Part shown: positions 38,320 to 47,054 of the stretch, piece after piece
Numbering within the stretch: position 1 is the stretch's first letter
Layout: each line of letters opens with the position of its first letter
Assembly: GCA_965243025.1 (NCBI GenBank)
Contig: CBDETY010000003.1
Location: forward strand, 384,001 to 448,000
Origin: Candidatus Latescibacterota bacterium
GTDB lineage: Bacteria; Latescibacterota; UBA2968; UBA8231
Direction: 5' to 3'
Length of the DNA: 64,000 nt
The notes under the pieces: generated by a model
Databases searched by the model: none
Told to the model about the DNA's origin: nothing
What the model saw: the letters and a program-made list of their open reading frames with translations, nothing else
Translations under genes and position numbers: made by a program

Positions 38320-38359
38320 CGGGAGGAGGACTCTTCCCCTGAAAGGAGTCCTCCTCCCG
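38320..38359. repeat. Perfect 14-bp inverted repeat (terminator or REP-like hairpin)
   Basis: cgggaggaggactc-N12-gagtcctcctcccg. Confidence 0.7.
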
Positions 38360-38465
38360 CCCTTGCTTCTTGGAAGAGAAGACCATCTGGCCCGTTCAGG
38401 AATTCGGTAGGAGTAGAGGTATTATTTTTCCGGCTCAATTTCGGGCAGAACAAGAGGAAAAACAG

Positions 38466-39461
38466 ATGCCCCTTCTTCGCATCAGGAATCAGTTGAGCAT
38501 TTCCCTCGGCCTTCTCACCGGGTCCGCACTGTCGGCCGAAGCCCATGTCGGCAGTCTAGTCGTCCCGTTCGCCGAGGTGACCGACGAGATGCTGTCGGTG
38601 ATCCAGCTCGACGGCTCGGTGGACGAGTGGTCCGATCTGATCGGCGAACCTGCCATGACCCTGCTTGATTTCCAACCTGAAGGGAAGGAAGGAGGCTCAG
38701 TCGATCCGTCCGATATCGACTTCCAGATCTGGTTGGCCTGGCACGATGAGCCCGCTCGCCTCTATGTAGCCTTTGTTGCTGCCGATGACCGTTACTGGAA
38801 TACCCATACCTACGACGTGGATTGGATAACCTCTGATGATGACAACATGATGCGCACTTGGGAAGGTGGTAACGACGGTATTGTCCTTGGAGTCGACGGA
38901 GACCACAGCGGCGGTCCCGGGCTTGAAGGATCATTCCAGTTTGAAGAACTCCTCGAGAGTAGTGGGGAGACTCAGCTATATCATGCCATTTCCCGTACTT
39001 CCAGTGGACCGATCCTGGATGACCCGAGGTCCAGGCACCGGAGTAAGGTTTTCTCCTGGATGACCCTGCCGCCCTACGCGGAGGCCGGCGGCTTGGTCGC
39101 CGGAGAAACACCGGTCATCTTTTCAATCGAGCTGTACATCACGCCGTTCGACCACAGGGGTGAGGAATTGACCAGCCCCGAGGGAAGTGTGACAAGCGAT
39201 CTGAGGGCGGGAAAAATCATCGGCTTCGCTATTGGCGTATATGATGCGGACCTGCCTGCTGCCCAGGATGAAGATCCTCTTGCGAATTATGTGCCGGAAT
39301 CCCAGGTGGATCCCCATCGTCGAGTTTTCGAGGACATATATCGTTTTGCGGCCGATTACTTTATCGATGGGCTGCTGCTGCCGGCCAACCCGGCCGAACC
39401 GGTAGAAGACAGCGCCGTCCAGTCCGTTTCCTGGGGCCGCATCAAGGCATCGCTGTGGTAG
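38466..39461 (+). CDS. Secreted CBM9/DOMON-like protein with C-terminal SAVQSVSWGRIK motif (paralog of 10947..11813)
   Basis: Signal peptide ending AEA-H; IQLDGSVDEW, LYVAFVAADD and DGDHS shared with the 10947 protein. Confidence 0.75.
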   Translation: MPLLRIRNQLSISLGLLTGSALSAEAHVGSLVVPFAEVTDEMLSVIQLDGSVDEWSDLIGEPAMTLLDFQPEGKEGGSVDPSDIDFQIWLAWHDEPARLYVAFVAADDRYWNTHTYDVDWITSDDDNMMRTWEGGNDGIVLGVDGDHSGGPGLEGSFQFEELLESSGETQLYHAISRTSSGPILDDPRSRHRSKVFSWMTLPPYAEAGGLVAGETPVIFSIELYITPFDHRGEELTSPEGSVTSDLRAGKIIGFAIGVYDADLPAAQDEDPLANYVPESQVDPHRRVFEDIYRFAADYFIDGLLLPANPAEPVEDSAVQSVSWGRIKASLW

Positions 39462-39548
39462 TGACCCTCTTCGTCCTTCTGCTCCTGCTCGCTCACGCCA
39501 ATGCGCACGATCTGGACGGGAGCCCCGGATTCGCGGCGGACGAATGAC

Positions 39549-41870
39549 ATGACCGCGGAACCCCCCGCGACCACCGAATACTCCCCCGAGGCCCTGTGGA
39601 GCCTCCTCGACCCCGCAGAACCCGGACTCGAGGAGATGGCCGCGGCGATGGCGGCCGGCGACGGCGAGGCCGCCGAAAGGGGGTACCTGTCCTACCAGCG
39701 GCGGCGCGAGGCCCCCGTCCTTCCCTGGGTTCACAGCTCAGACGAGAGCCCGCAGGAGCGGCGGGCGGGGTTCGACTTCCTCACCGAAACGCCGCGGCAG
39801 CTGACCTGGAGGGACCGGGAGCGGGGCCGGGAGCTGGTCAGCCTGGAAAAGGGGTACACCTCCCACCGTCTGGAGGGGATCCGGCCTTCCCAGTACAACG
39901 TCGTCGAGCTGGCCGACATGCTGCTCGACAACAAGGTGATGCTGGTCTACCACCCGGAGGACGGGGTCCAGGACCTCGGGACGGAGTGGGACTGGGAGCA
40001 CATACCCCCCGGCGACGGGCAGGGCCGGAGATGGACCCTCAGCCTGCCCTACCAGTACTTCCTGTTCGTCCTCGGGCAGGCGTACTGGGCGACCGGGGAC
40101 GAGCGCTACATCGCCAAGCTGGTCTGGATCTTCAACCGCTACTTCGACTACGTCGGCCGCCGCAGCGACTGGATCTGGCTTCCCGACATGCAGCTTGCCC
40201 GCTGCTACCAGCAGCTGATCCCCTTCATCCTCTCCTGGGAGGGGCTGCCGCCCCGGGACCTGTGCCGGCTGCGCCACTGGCTGGCGACGACCTGCGCGGA
40301 GTCGATGGAGAGGGTCCGCTCGGCCCCGGGCAACCAGCTGCTCTTCAACGGGCTGGGCATCCTCTGGCTCGGCGTCGGCATGCCGGAATTCCGCCGCGCC
40401 CGGCACTGGCGCGCCCTCGGGTGGGAGCAGATCCGCGGCTACTTCGGAGAAGGGGCATTCTACCCGGACGGGACCTCGAAGGAGAACTCCTTCGGCTACA
40501 TCATCGGCGCCTCGGCGTCGGCGATCGAGGCGGTCGACCTGGCCCGGAACAACGGCTGGCCCTGCCCCGGGGAGGTCGAGGAGGCGATGGTGAAGCGGGC
40601 GGAGTTCCTCGCCGACTGCGTCAAGCCGGACGGCACCTGCACGTGGACCGGGGACAGCCGGCGGCGCTCCCCGCGCGACTACGTCAGCCGCATCGCCGGC
40701 CCGCGGGGCCGCGGCGACCTCGAGCACGCGGTCAGCTGCGGCGAGCGCGGCACTCCGCCGGACCACACCTCCTCCTGGTACGCCTGGCAGGGGCTGGGGG
40801 TGATGCGGAGCGGCTGGGGGAAGCAGGCCAACTACCTGATGTTCGACGTCGGCCCCCTCGGAGAGGTGCACGCCCACGAGGGCAAGCTCGCGGTCGAGGT
40901 GGCCGCGTACGGGCGCTCCCTGATCGAGGATCTCGGCATCCACAGTTATTCACGAGAGGCCGCCGAACTTCCCTACTACGACCTGTTCGGCAACACCCCC
41001 GGCCACAACACTGTGATCGTCGACGGCGCCAGCCAGATGCGGCTGATCACCGGCCCCAAGACGGTGCAGGAGCCTCTCGCCAATACCTGGGTCAGCACCG
41101 GGGTCTGCGACTATCTCGAGGGGGAGTACGACCACGGGTGGGGGGAGGGCCAGTTCGGGGAGCCGATGTCGTCGGTTTACGAGCCGGAGAAGTACGAGGG
41201 CGCGATCGACACCTCGATCGCCCACCATCGCAGCGTCGTCTATGTGAAGGGGAAGGAGCAGGGGGACTGCGAGTATTGGGTGATCACCGACCGTCTGACC
41301 GGCAGCGGGCAACACACGTACGAACAGCTGTTCCACCTCGTCCCGGGGCCGGTGGCCGCGGACCCGGCCACCGGTGCGGTACTCACCGCCGGCGAAGGGT
41401 TGGCGAACATCGCCATTCTCCCGGCGGCGGCGGACGGCGTCGAGATGGAGGTCGTCGAGGGCCGCACCGAGCCGGCGATGCAGGGCTGGTACTGCGGCGA
41501 CCGGCCGCGGCCGGTGCCGGCCCCCTGCGTCGTCTACCGGCAGCGCGGCGCGCCCCCGGTCTGCTTCCAGACGGTCCTGTGGCCGCAGCGCCCCGGGGAA
41601 ACCCGCCTGCCGGCGGTGTCGACCGCAGGGGAGCCCGGCAGCGGCTGGCTGCGGGTGCGCTTGCCGGACGGGGCCGGGGAAGATTTCTGCTGTTCGGCGG
41701 CCTTCGAGGGAACCCACGAGCTCGGAGATCTCTCCTTCGACGGCATCGCCGCGGTGGTGCGCTTCGATCGCCAGGGGATTCCCGCCGCCCGGGAGGTTAT
41801 CGGTGACGGCCCGCTGCGCGGGCGGGGTCAGGGACTTGCAGGGGGGCCAGGGAAGGGTGAGCAGGAGTGA
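39549..41870 (+). CDS. Heparinase II/III / alginate lyase-like protein
   Basis: LGQAYWATGDERY, PDGTSKENS.GY, VMRSGW, FDVGP...HAHE, HNTVIVDG, H.RSV. No signal peptide seen. Confidence 0.85.
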   Translation: MTAEPPATTEYSPEALWSLLDPAEPGLEEMAAAMAAGDGEAAERGYLSYQRRREAPVLPWVHSSDESPQERRAGFDFLTETPRQLTWRDRERGRELVSLEKGYTSHRLEGIRPSQYNVVELADMLLDNKVMLVYHPEDGVQDLGTEWDWEHIPPGDGQGRRWTLSLPYQYFLFVLGQAYWATGDERYIAKLVWIFNRYFDYVGRRSDWIWLPDMQLARCYQQLIPFILSWEGLPPRDLCRLRHWLATTCAESMERVRSAPGNQLLFNGLGILWLGVGMPEFRRARHWRALGWEQIRGYFGEGAFYPDGTSKENSFGYIIGASASAIEAVDLARNNGWPCPGEVEEAMVKRAEFLADCVKPDGTCTWTGDSRRRSPRDYVSRIAGPRGRGDLEHAVSCGERGTPPDHTSSWYAWQGLGVMRSGWGKQANYLMFDVGPLGEVHAHEGKLAVEVAAYGRSLIEDLGIHSYSREAAELPYYDLFGNTPGHNTVIVDGASQMRLITGPKTVQEPLANTWVSTGVCDYLEGEYDHGWGEGQFGEPMSSVYEPEKYEGAIDTSIAHHRSVVYVKGKEQGDCEYWVITDRLTGSGQHTYEQLFHLVPGPVAADPATGAVLTAGEGLANIAILPAAADGVEMEVVEGRTEPAMQGWYCGDRPRPVPAPCVVYRQRGAPPVCFQTVLWPQRPGETRLPAVSTAGEPGSGWLRVRLPDGAGEDFCCSAAFEGTHELGDLSFDGIAAVVRFDRQGIPAAREVIGDGPLRGRGQGLAGGPGKGEQE

Positions 41871-41937
41871 GCAAAGGACTCGATTCCTGCTCTTTGCGGT
41901 CCAATGCCAGCGAGCCAATCAAAGCGGCCCGAAATCC

Positions 41938-42744
41938 CTAAGCATCATCCATCGTCGGGGTATTGTTGTCGCAGCGGACCGGCCGGAAGAGGGTCTTCCG
42001 TTTGAAGGGCATCTCCTCGAGGTGCCTGGGATGCGGTTCCCAGCTGTGCCACTTGTTGCCGACGGTGTTGTAGCAGTTGAAGATCGCAACCCGGTCGACG
42101 CTCTCCTCCGTCCACCTGGCCCCGGTATGTGTAATCGCCTCGGTGAAGAACAGCAGGGAGCCGGCGGGGCAGGTGTAATCCTCCCACAACGGGGAGCCGG
42201 GATCCGCGGTCGACTGCGGGGCGGGGAACGCCCCCTTGTGGCTGCCGGTAAGGAACCGGGTTCCGCCGCAGCCCTTGCGGACCGGGTTCAGCTCCCAGAC
42301 GACGCGCGTCAAACCGCTGTGGGCCTTGTCGTACTGCAGGTGGTAGGTATGCGAGTTGCCGGGAAAGTTCAGCATCCCGCGCCCGCCGTGAGGCCGGAAG
42401 TTGTCGTGCCCGTTGGCGCGGATGGTCAGAAACGTGCTTTCCTGCCGGAATCCATAGCAGTTCTCGTTGGCGTAGCCGGAAGCGAGGAACTCGTTCATGA
42501 ATCCGAGAACCGCCGGATGGTCGGTCAGGCTTTCCAGGGGACCCCCGATGGAATAGCGGTGGTGCCCGGGAATCGAACGTGGTTCTCGTTTTAGCCGGTA
42601 GCAGAACTCCCGCATCTCCTGAATCTCGGATTCGTTTAGGACGCCGGGGATCAAAAGCCACCCTCGGGTATCGAAGAGAAAGCGGTGTTCTTCCGTCAGG
42701 GGGATCTGCGGCAGATTGTCGGCATTCGTTTCGGGATTCGGCAT
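41938..42744 (-). CDS. PhyH-like Fe(II)/2OG oxygenase (HGG variant)
   Basis: FLFDTRGWLLIPGVL, PHGG, VVWELN...GGTRFLTGSHK, PAGSLLFFTEAITH. Confidence 0.85.
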   Translation of the reverse strand: MPNPETNADNLPQIPLTEEHRFLFDTRGWLLIPGVLNESEIQEMREFCYRLKREPRSIPGHHRYSIGGPLESLTDHPAVLGFMNEFLASGYANENCYGFRQESTFLTIRANGHDNFRPHGGRGMLNFPGNSHTYHLQYDKAHSGLTRVVWELNPVRKGCGGTRFLTGSHKGAFPAPQSTADPGSPLWEDYTCPAGSLLFFTEAITHTGARWTEESVDRVAIFNCYNTVGNKWHSWEPHPRHLEEMPFKRKTLFRPVRCDNNTPTMDDA

Positions 42745-42773
42745 GATGAGGATAACCTCCAGGTCAGGCTCGG

Positions 42774-43010
42774 TTATAACTGGTCATATACTTCCGGCTC
42801 TACGTCCGGCACATTTCCCAGAACAGCCTCGAACCGTTCCCGGTTACCCCGTCTGGCGCGGTCTTTCAGGTACTCGACCGTCATCAGAGCGGACACCTTT
42901 TCCGTCACTGCCAAGGTGATGAACTGATTCATGGAAATCCCCTCCCCTTCCGCCATTTTCTTGATCCGCTTGTGCAGTGAGTCGGGCAATCGAACGCTCA
43001 GCGTGCTCAT
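42774..43010 (-). CDS. Ribbon-helix-helix (HicB-like) antitoxin
   Basis: MSTLSVRLPDSLHKRIKKMAEGEGISMNQFI RHH signature; overlaps the toxin stop. Confidence 0.85.
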   Translation of the reverse strand: MSTLSVRLPDSLHKRIKKMAEGEGISMNQFITLAVTEKVSALMTVEYLKDRARRGNRERFEAVLGNVPDVEPEVYDQL

Positions 43011-43435
43011 GGCAATGCTCCTGTCCTTTCCAGAAATTCTTTGGCGGTTACCGCCTCGATTCCAAATCTCTCAACACCCCTGAAGTCCCGTTTGTTATAC
43101 GTCACGATATACTTGCATCCTGCCCTGACGGCCAATTCGAGAAACATATCATCCCGTGGATCCGGAAGGCAGGGGCGCCACAGGAAGTGTATCTCGTGCA
43201 AATTGGCCACCGAACACAGATAGTCGAGAAAATCTGCAATACCGTCCTGCGTAACCTGAAGATCTTTTCCCTGTTTCCGGAGAGCCTCTTCGTATTCCAG
43301 GACAACCGGAACGGAGAGATTGACCTCGAACGGGCCCTTGTCGATCAAGGAGATCAGCCAGAAGGAAGCGCCTCTCCTGGAGCGAAGCGCGGCCACGAGA
43401 ATGTTGGTATCCAGGACAATTGGGGCAGACTCCAT
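43007..43435 (-). CDS. PIN-domain (PIN_3-type) putative toxin
   Basis: IVLDTNILVAAL...LEYEE...LPDPRDDMFLELAV...IVTYNKRDF. The toxin precedes the antitoxin. ATG 43435 is preferred over 43453. Confidence 0.85.
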   Translation of the reverse strand: MESAPIVLDTNILVAALRSRRGASFWLISLIDKGPFEVNLSVPVVLEYEEALRKQGKDLQVTQDGIADFLDYLCSVANLHEIHFLWRPCLPDPRDDMFLELAVRAGCKYIVTYNKRDFRGVERFGIEAVTAKEFLERTGALP

Positions 43436-43572
43436 GGTGGTATTATATGCCATACCAAATTTGGCGCAACGGATCAGGAAATCACCCGTCCCCGGTGCAG
43501 GATACCCACCGGGTTATTGGTTTCCTGGCATGGGTGTGGTTTCGTTGAGCAGGCGGTAGCTGGACTCGCTCT

Positions 43573-43629
43573 GTAGCTCTTGCGCCGCATCAGGGTGCGG
43601 AATGCAACGAGCAGGTTAATTCGCAGCAT
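43573..43629 (-). pseudogene. N-terminal stub of an additional MacB-like ABC permease
   Basis: AAGGAG RBS, then MLRINLLVAFRTLMRRKSY, which matches the start of the adjacent permease (MLRNYLLITLRNLRRQKLY); similarity then stops. Confidence 0.65.
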
Positions 43630-43669
43630 CCAATCTCCTTCGCCTGTGGTTGCGATTGAGCCTGAAGAA

Positions 43670-46081
43670 TTACTCCGAACGAAGGGCATTCACCGGATTG
43701 GCTTGCGCTGCCCTGAACGTGTGATACGAGGCGGTGAGCCAGGCGGTCGCAAGCGCCACGAGACCACCTGCAACGAACAACCCCAATCCCGGATCGATGC
43801 GATAGGCAAAACCCTGCAGCCAGCGGTCGGCGGCAAAGAAGACGATGGGCCATGCAATCAGGTTGGCCAGCAGGATCAGGCGGGTGAAATCCCTCGAAAG
43901 CAGAACGACCACGGACAGGCTGGTCGCACCCAACACCTTGCGGATGCCTATCTCCCTGTTGCGCTTCTGCACCGTGAAAGCCGTCAGACCGAAGAGGCCC
44001 AGGCAGGCGAGGAACACGGCGAGTCCGGAGAAAACGGCGAAGATGCGGCCCATGCGTTCCTCCGAGTCATACAGGGCGTCGAGCCGCTCGTCGACGAAGT
44101 GGTAGTCGAAGGGGAAGGGATCGTTGTGCGATCGCAGGGTCTTACGGATGAACTCAATCCCCTGTTGTGGATTTCCCGGGGCAAGGCGCAATACCGCATA
44201 GGCAGGGCTGAAGCTGCCGTTCACTGCGTTTTCCGGCATGGCGATCACCAGGGGCTCGATCGGTTGGTGCAGGGAACCGAAGTGGAAGTCGGCTACGACC
44301 CCGACGACCGTCGCCGCACCTGCATCACCTTGACTTTCCAGTCGGGCCCCGACTGCGGACTCAGGGCCGAGAAGACGGGCCATCGATTCGTTGGCCAGTA
44401 AAGCGTGCTTCGGGTCGTCGGCGTGATCTCTGGAGAAGGAACGGCCTTCGAGCACCCGCATGCCCATGGCATCGACGAAGTCGTAGTCCACCCAGAGCAT
44501 CGTGACCTGCAACGTCTCCGAATCCGGCCCCGTCGTTTTGAGGTCGGACTTGTTGATCACGTAGCCCGGTTCCTGCGAACAGCGTCCGACGGCCGTGACG
44601 AGTGGGCTCGCCAGGAGGTCCTGGCGCACAGGCTCGAACTGCCGCCGGATTGCATCTGAACGGGTGGTGAAGACGATCAGGTGGTCCTTGTCGAAACCGA
44701 GGGATTTCGAGCGCAGGAAGGCGAGCTGCTCGCCGACGATGAGGGTCGCCGCCAGCAAACCGATGGAAACGGTGAACTGAGTCACTACGAGGATGCTTCG
44801 CAGTCCGACCGACCGGCCGGACCGGTCGATCATCCGCTTGAGTGCCCGGACCGGGGTGAAGGCGGACATCTGCAGGGCGGGGTAGAAGCCGGCGCAGAGC
44901 CCCGTAACGAGCGCCATTCCGGACATCGCCAACAGAATCTGCGGGTTCTCCGGCAGGTTCAGCGCAAGTTTCATTCCCGTCAGCTCGTTGAACCACGGCG
45001 TCACCATCTTCATGATGAACAGCGCAACACCCAGCGAAGCGAAGCTCAGAATGATCGCTTCCCCGATGAACTGACGGGCGAGCTGGCCGCGGTATGCTCC
45101 CACCGCTTTGCGCACCCCAACCTCCAGCACGCGCTCCGAGGATTGTGCTGTCGCGAGATTGGTGAAATTGATGATCGCCAGAAGCAACAGGAAAACGGCA
45201 ACCGCGCTGTAAGCGTAGATATGGGCTATGTCGCCGCTCGTGCTGCCGATGTTGGCGTAAAAGTCGGAATGCAGGTGCACGTCGACGATGGGCTGCAATC
45301 CATAGCTGACGTCATGGTTCATCTGCCTGTAAAGCTCACCCATCTGTCCTTGAACGATGGCGTTCATCTGCTCGACAATCCGTTCCCCGTCAGCTCCCAT
45401 TCTGACACGCAAGTAGGTCGGATAGCTGTGGTCGTACCATCTCTTTTCCAGAGGGAACTGGTCCACACCAGTCCCCGAAGCGGCGGCCAGCAGGTCGAAC
45501 CTGAGGTGGGAATTGGTCGGGAAATCGCGCACGACGGCGCGAACCACATGCTCTCCCTCGTTGAGCGGCCGGCCTGTGGGGTCCAGGTCGCCGAAATACC
45601 GCTCTGCAGTGCTCTCCGAGAGCACGACCGCCTTGGGGTCGGCAAGCGCCGTCCTGGGGTCGCCGTGCACGAACTCGAAACTCAACACGTCGAATAGCTC
45701 CGGGTCCGCCCAGAAGAATCGATCATCGAAATAGACGTCGTTGCCGACGCGCACTACCGGCTTGACTCCCCCCACGAACAAGGGTTGCCACACCCGGCTG
45801 ACCGCTTCAACCTCGGGGACCTGCTCGCGAAGGGCGGCCGCCAGGGCGGCTGGGGCGATCGGTGCCTTTCCGTCAAAACTTTCCGAGCGTATCTCCACGA
45901 CGACGCGGAAAATGCGCTCCGCTCCGTGGTGAAACCGGTCGTAGCCGAATTCGTGGCGGACGAAGAGCAGGATGAGCGCGAAACCCGCCATGCCGATTGC
46001 CAGGCCCGCTGTATTGACCGTTGCATACAGTTTCTGCCGGCGGAGGTTGCGCAGGGTAATCAGGAGGTAGTTGCGCAGCAT
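43670..46081 (-). CDS. MacB/FtsX-type duplicated ABC transporter permease
   Basis: Two MacB_PCD + FtsX units: INFTNL..R..EVGVRKAVGA; LACLGLFGL..REIGIRKVLGA; ends NPVNALRSE. Confidence 0.93.
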   Translation of the reverse strand: MLRNYLLITLRNLRRQKLYATVNTAGLAIGMAGFALILLFVRHEFGYDRFHHGAERIFRVVVEIRSESFDGKAPIAPAALAAALREQVPEVEAVSRVWQPLFVGGVKPVVRVGNDVYFDDRFFWADPELFDVLSFEFVHGDPRTALADPKAVVLSESTAERYFGDLDPTGRPLNEGEHVVRAVVRDFPTNSHLRFDLLAAASGTGVDQFPLEKRWYDHSYPTYLRVRMGADGERIVEQMNAIVQGQMGELYRQMNHDVSYGLQPIVDVHLHSDFYANIGSTSGDIAHIYAYSAVAVFLLLLAIINFTNLATAQSSERVLEVGVRKAVGAYRGQLARQFIGEAIILSFASLGVALFIMKMVTPWFNELTGMKLALNLPENPQILLAMSGMALVTGLCAGFYPALQMSAFTPVRALKRMIDRSGRSVGLRSILVVTQFTVSIGLLAATLIVGEQLAFLRSKSLGFDKDHLIVFTTRSDAIRRQFEPVRQDLLASPLVTAVGRCSQEPGYVINKSDLKTTGPDSETLQVTMLWVDYDFVDAMGMRVLEGRSFSRDHADDPKHALLANESMARLLGPESAVGARLESQGDAGAATVVGVVADFHFGSLHQPIEPLVIAMPENAVNGSFSPAYAVLRLAPGNPQQGIEFIRKTLRSHNDPFPFDYHFVDERLDALYDSEERMGRIFAVFSGLAVFLACLGLFGLTAFTVQKRNREIGIRKVLGATSLSVVVLLSRDFTRLILLANLIAWPIVFFAADRWLQGFAYRIDPGLGLFVAGGLVALATAWLTASYHTFRAAQANPVNALRSE

Positions 46082-46121
46082 GGTCGCGTCTTCGTGGAAT
46101 ACCAGGTCACAGTTCCGGTCA

Positions 46122-46271
46122 CTACCCGTACCTGAGGGCGTCGGCCGGGTTGGTCCGCGCCGCCAGCCAGGTCTGCCCGCTGACGGTCGCCCGTCCGACG
46201 GCGTTGATCAGCGAGATCGTCCTGTTTCGCCCCAGCACGCGCAGGGCAATGGTCAGGTTGCTCTTCCACAT
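46122..46271 (-). pseudogene. Internally deleted MacB-like permease (49-aa in-frame N-term/C-term fusion)
   Basis: Translates MWKSNLTIALRVLGRNRTISLINAVG-R-ATVSGQTWLAARTNPADALRYG*; the two halves match permease N- and C-terminal consensus. Confidence 0.85.
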
Positions 46272-46303
46272 GGTCCCGTTCCTTGCAGTTCCCCCGGTCC
46301 CCT

Positions 46304-47029
46304 TCAGCGCTCCCCGGCGATGTTCTCGGTCACGACCCTGCCGTCGAACAGGTGGATGACCCGGTGGGCGAAGTCGGCGTAGGCCGGCGAGTGCGTCACC
46401 ATCACCACCGTGGTGCCGTTCCGGTTCATCTCGGTGAGCATCTCCATGACCTCGTCTCCGTGGCGCGAGTCGAGGTTGCCCGTCGGCTCGTCGGCGAGCA
46501 CCAGTTTCGGCTCCGAGACCAGCGCCCTCGCCACCGCAACCCGCTGCTGCTGCCCCCCCGACAGCTGCTGCGGAAAGTGCTTGCCGCGGTGGGTGATCTG
46601 CATCTGGTCGAGGATCGACTTCACCCGCTCCCGGCGTTCCCGGCCCGGCAGGCCCATGTAGAGCAGGGGCAGCTCGACGTTCTCGTGGACGGTCAGCTCG
46701 TTGATCAGGTTGTAGGACTGGAAGACGAAGCCGATGGTCCCCTTGCGCAGGTTCGCCCGCAGGCGCTCGGAGTAGGTCGAGACCTCTTCCTCCAGCAGCC
46801 AGTATTCCCCCCCGGTCGGGTTGTCGAGCAGGCCCAGCAGGTTGAGCAGCGTCGACTTGCCGCAGCCGGACGGCCCCATGACGGCGGCGAACTCCCCGTC
46901 GGCGATCTCGAGGTTGACGTTGTCGAGGGCGGTCGTCTCCACCTCCTCGGTGGTGTAGACCTTGCGCAGCCCCACGGTGCGGATCAGCGTTGCCTTGCCG
47001 TTTCCGGTGTTCGCCGCGTGTTCGGCCAT
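46304..47029 (-). CDS. ABC transporter ATP-binding protein (LolD/MacB type)
   Basis: Walker A GPSGCGKS, LSGGQQQR, LADEPTGNLD, VTH. Confidence 0.95.
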   Translation of the reverse strand: MAEHAANTGNGKATLIRTVGLRKVYTTEEVETTALDNVNLEIADGEFAAVMGPSGCGKSTLLNLLGLLDNPTGGEYWLLEEEVSTYSERLRANLRKGTIGFVFQSYNLINELTVHENVELPLLYMGLPGRERRERVKSILDQMQITHRGKHFPQQLSGGQQQRVAVARALVSEPKLVLADEPTGNLDSRHGDEVMEMLTEMNRNGTTVVMVTHSPAYADFAHRVIHLFDGRVVTENIAGER

Positions 47030-47054
47030 CTTGCTCTTCTCCGTCAGTGTGCGC

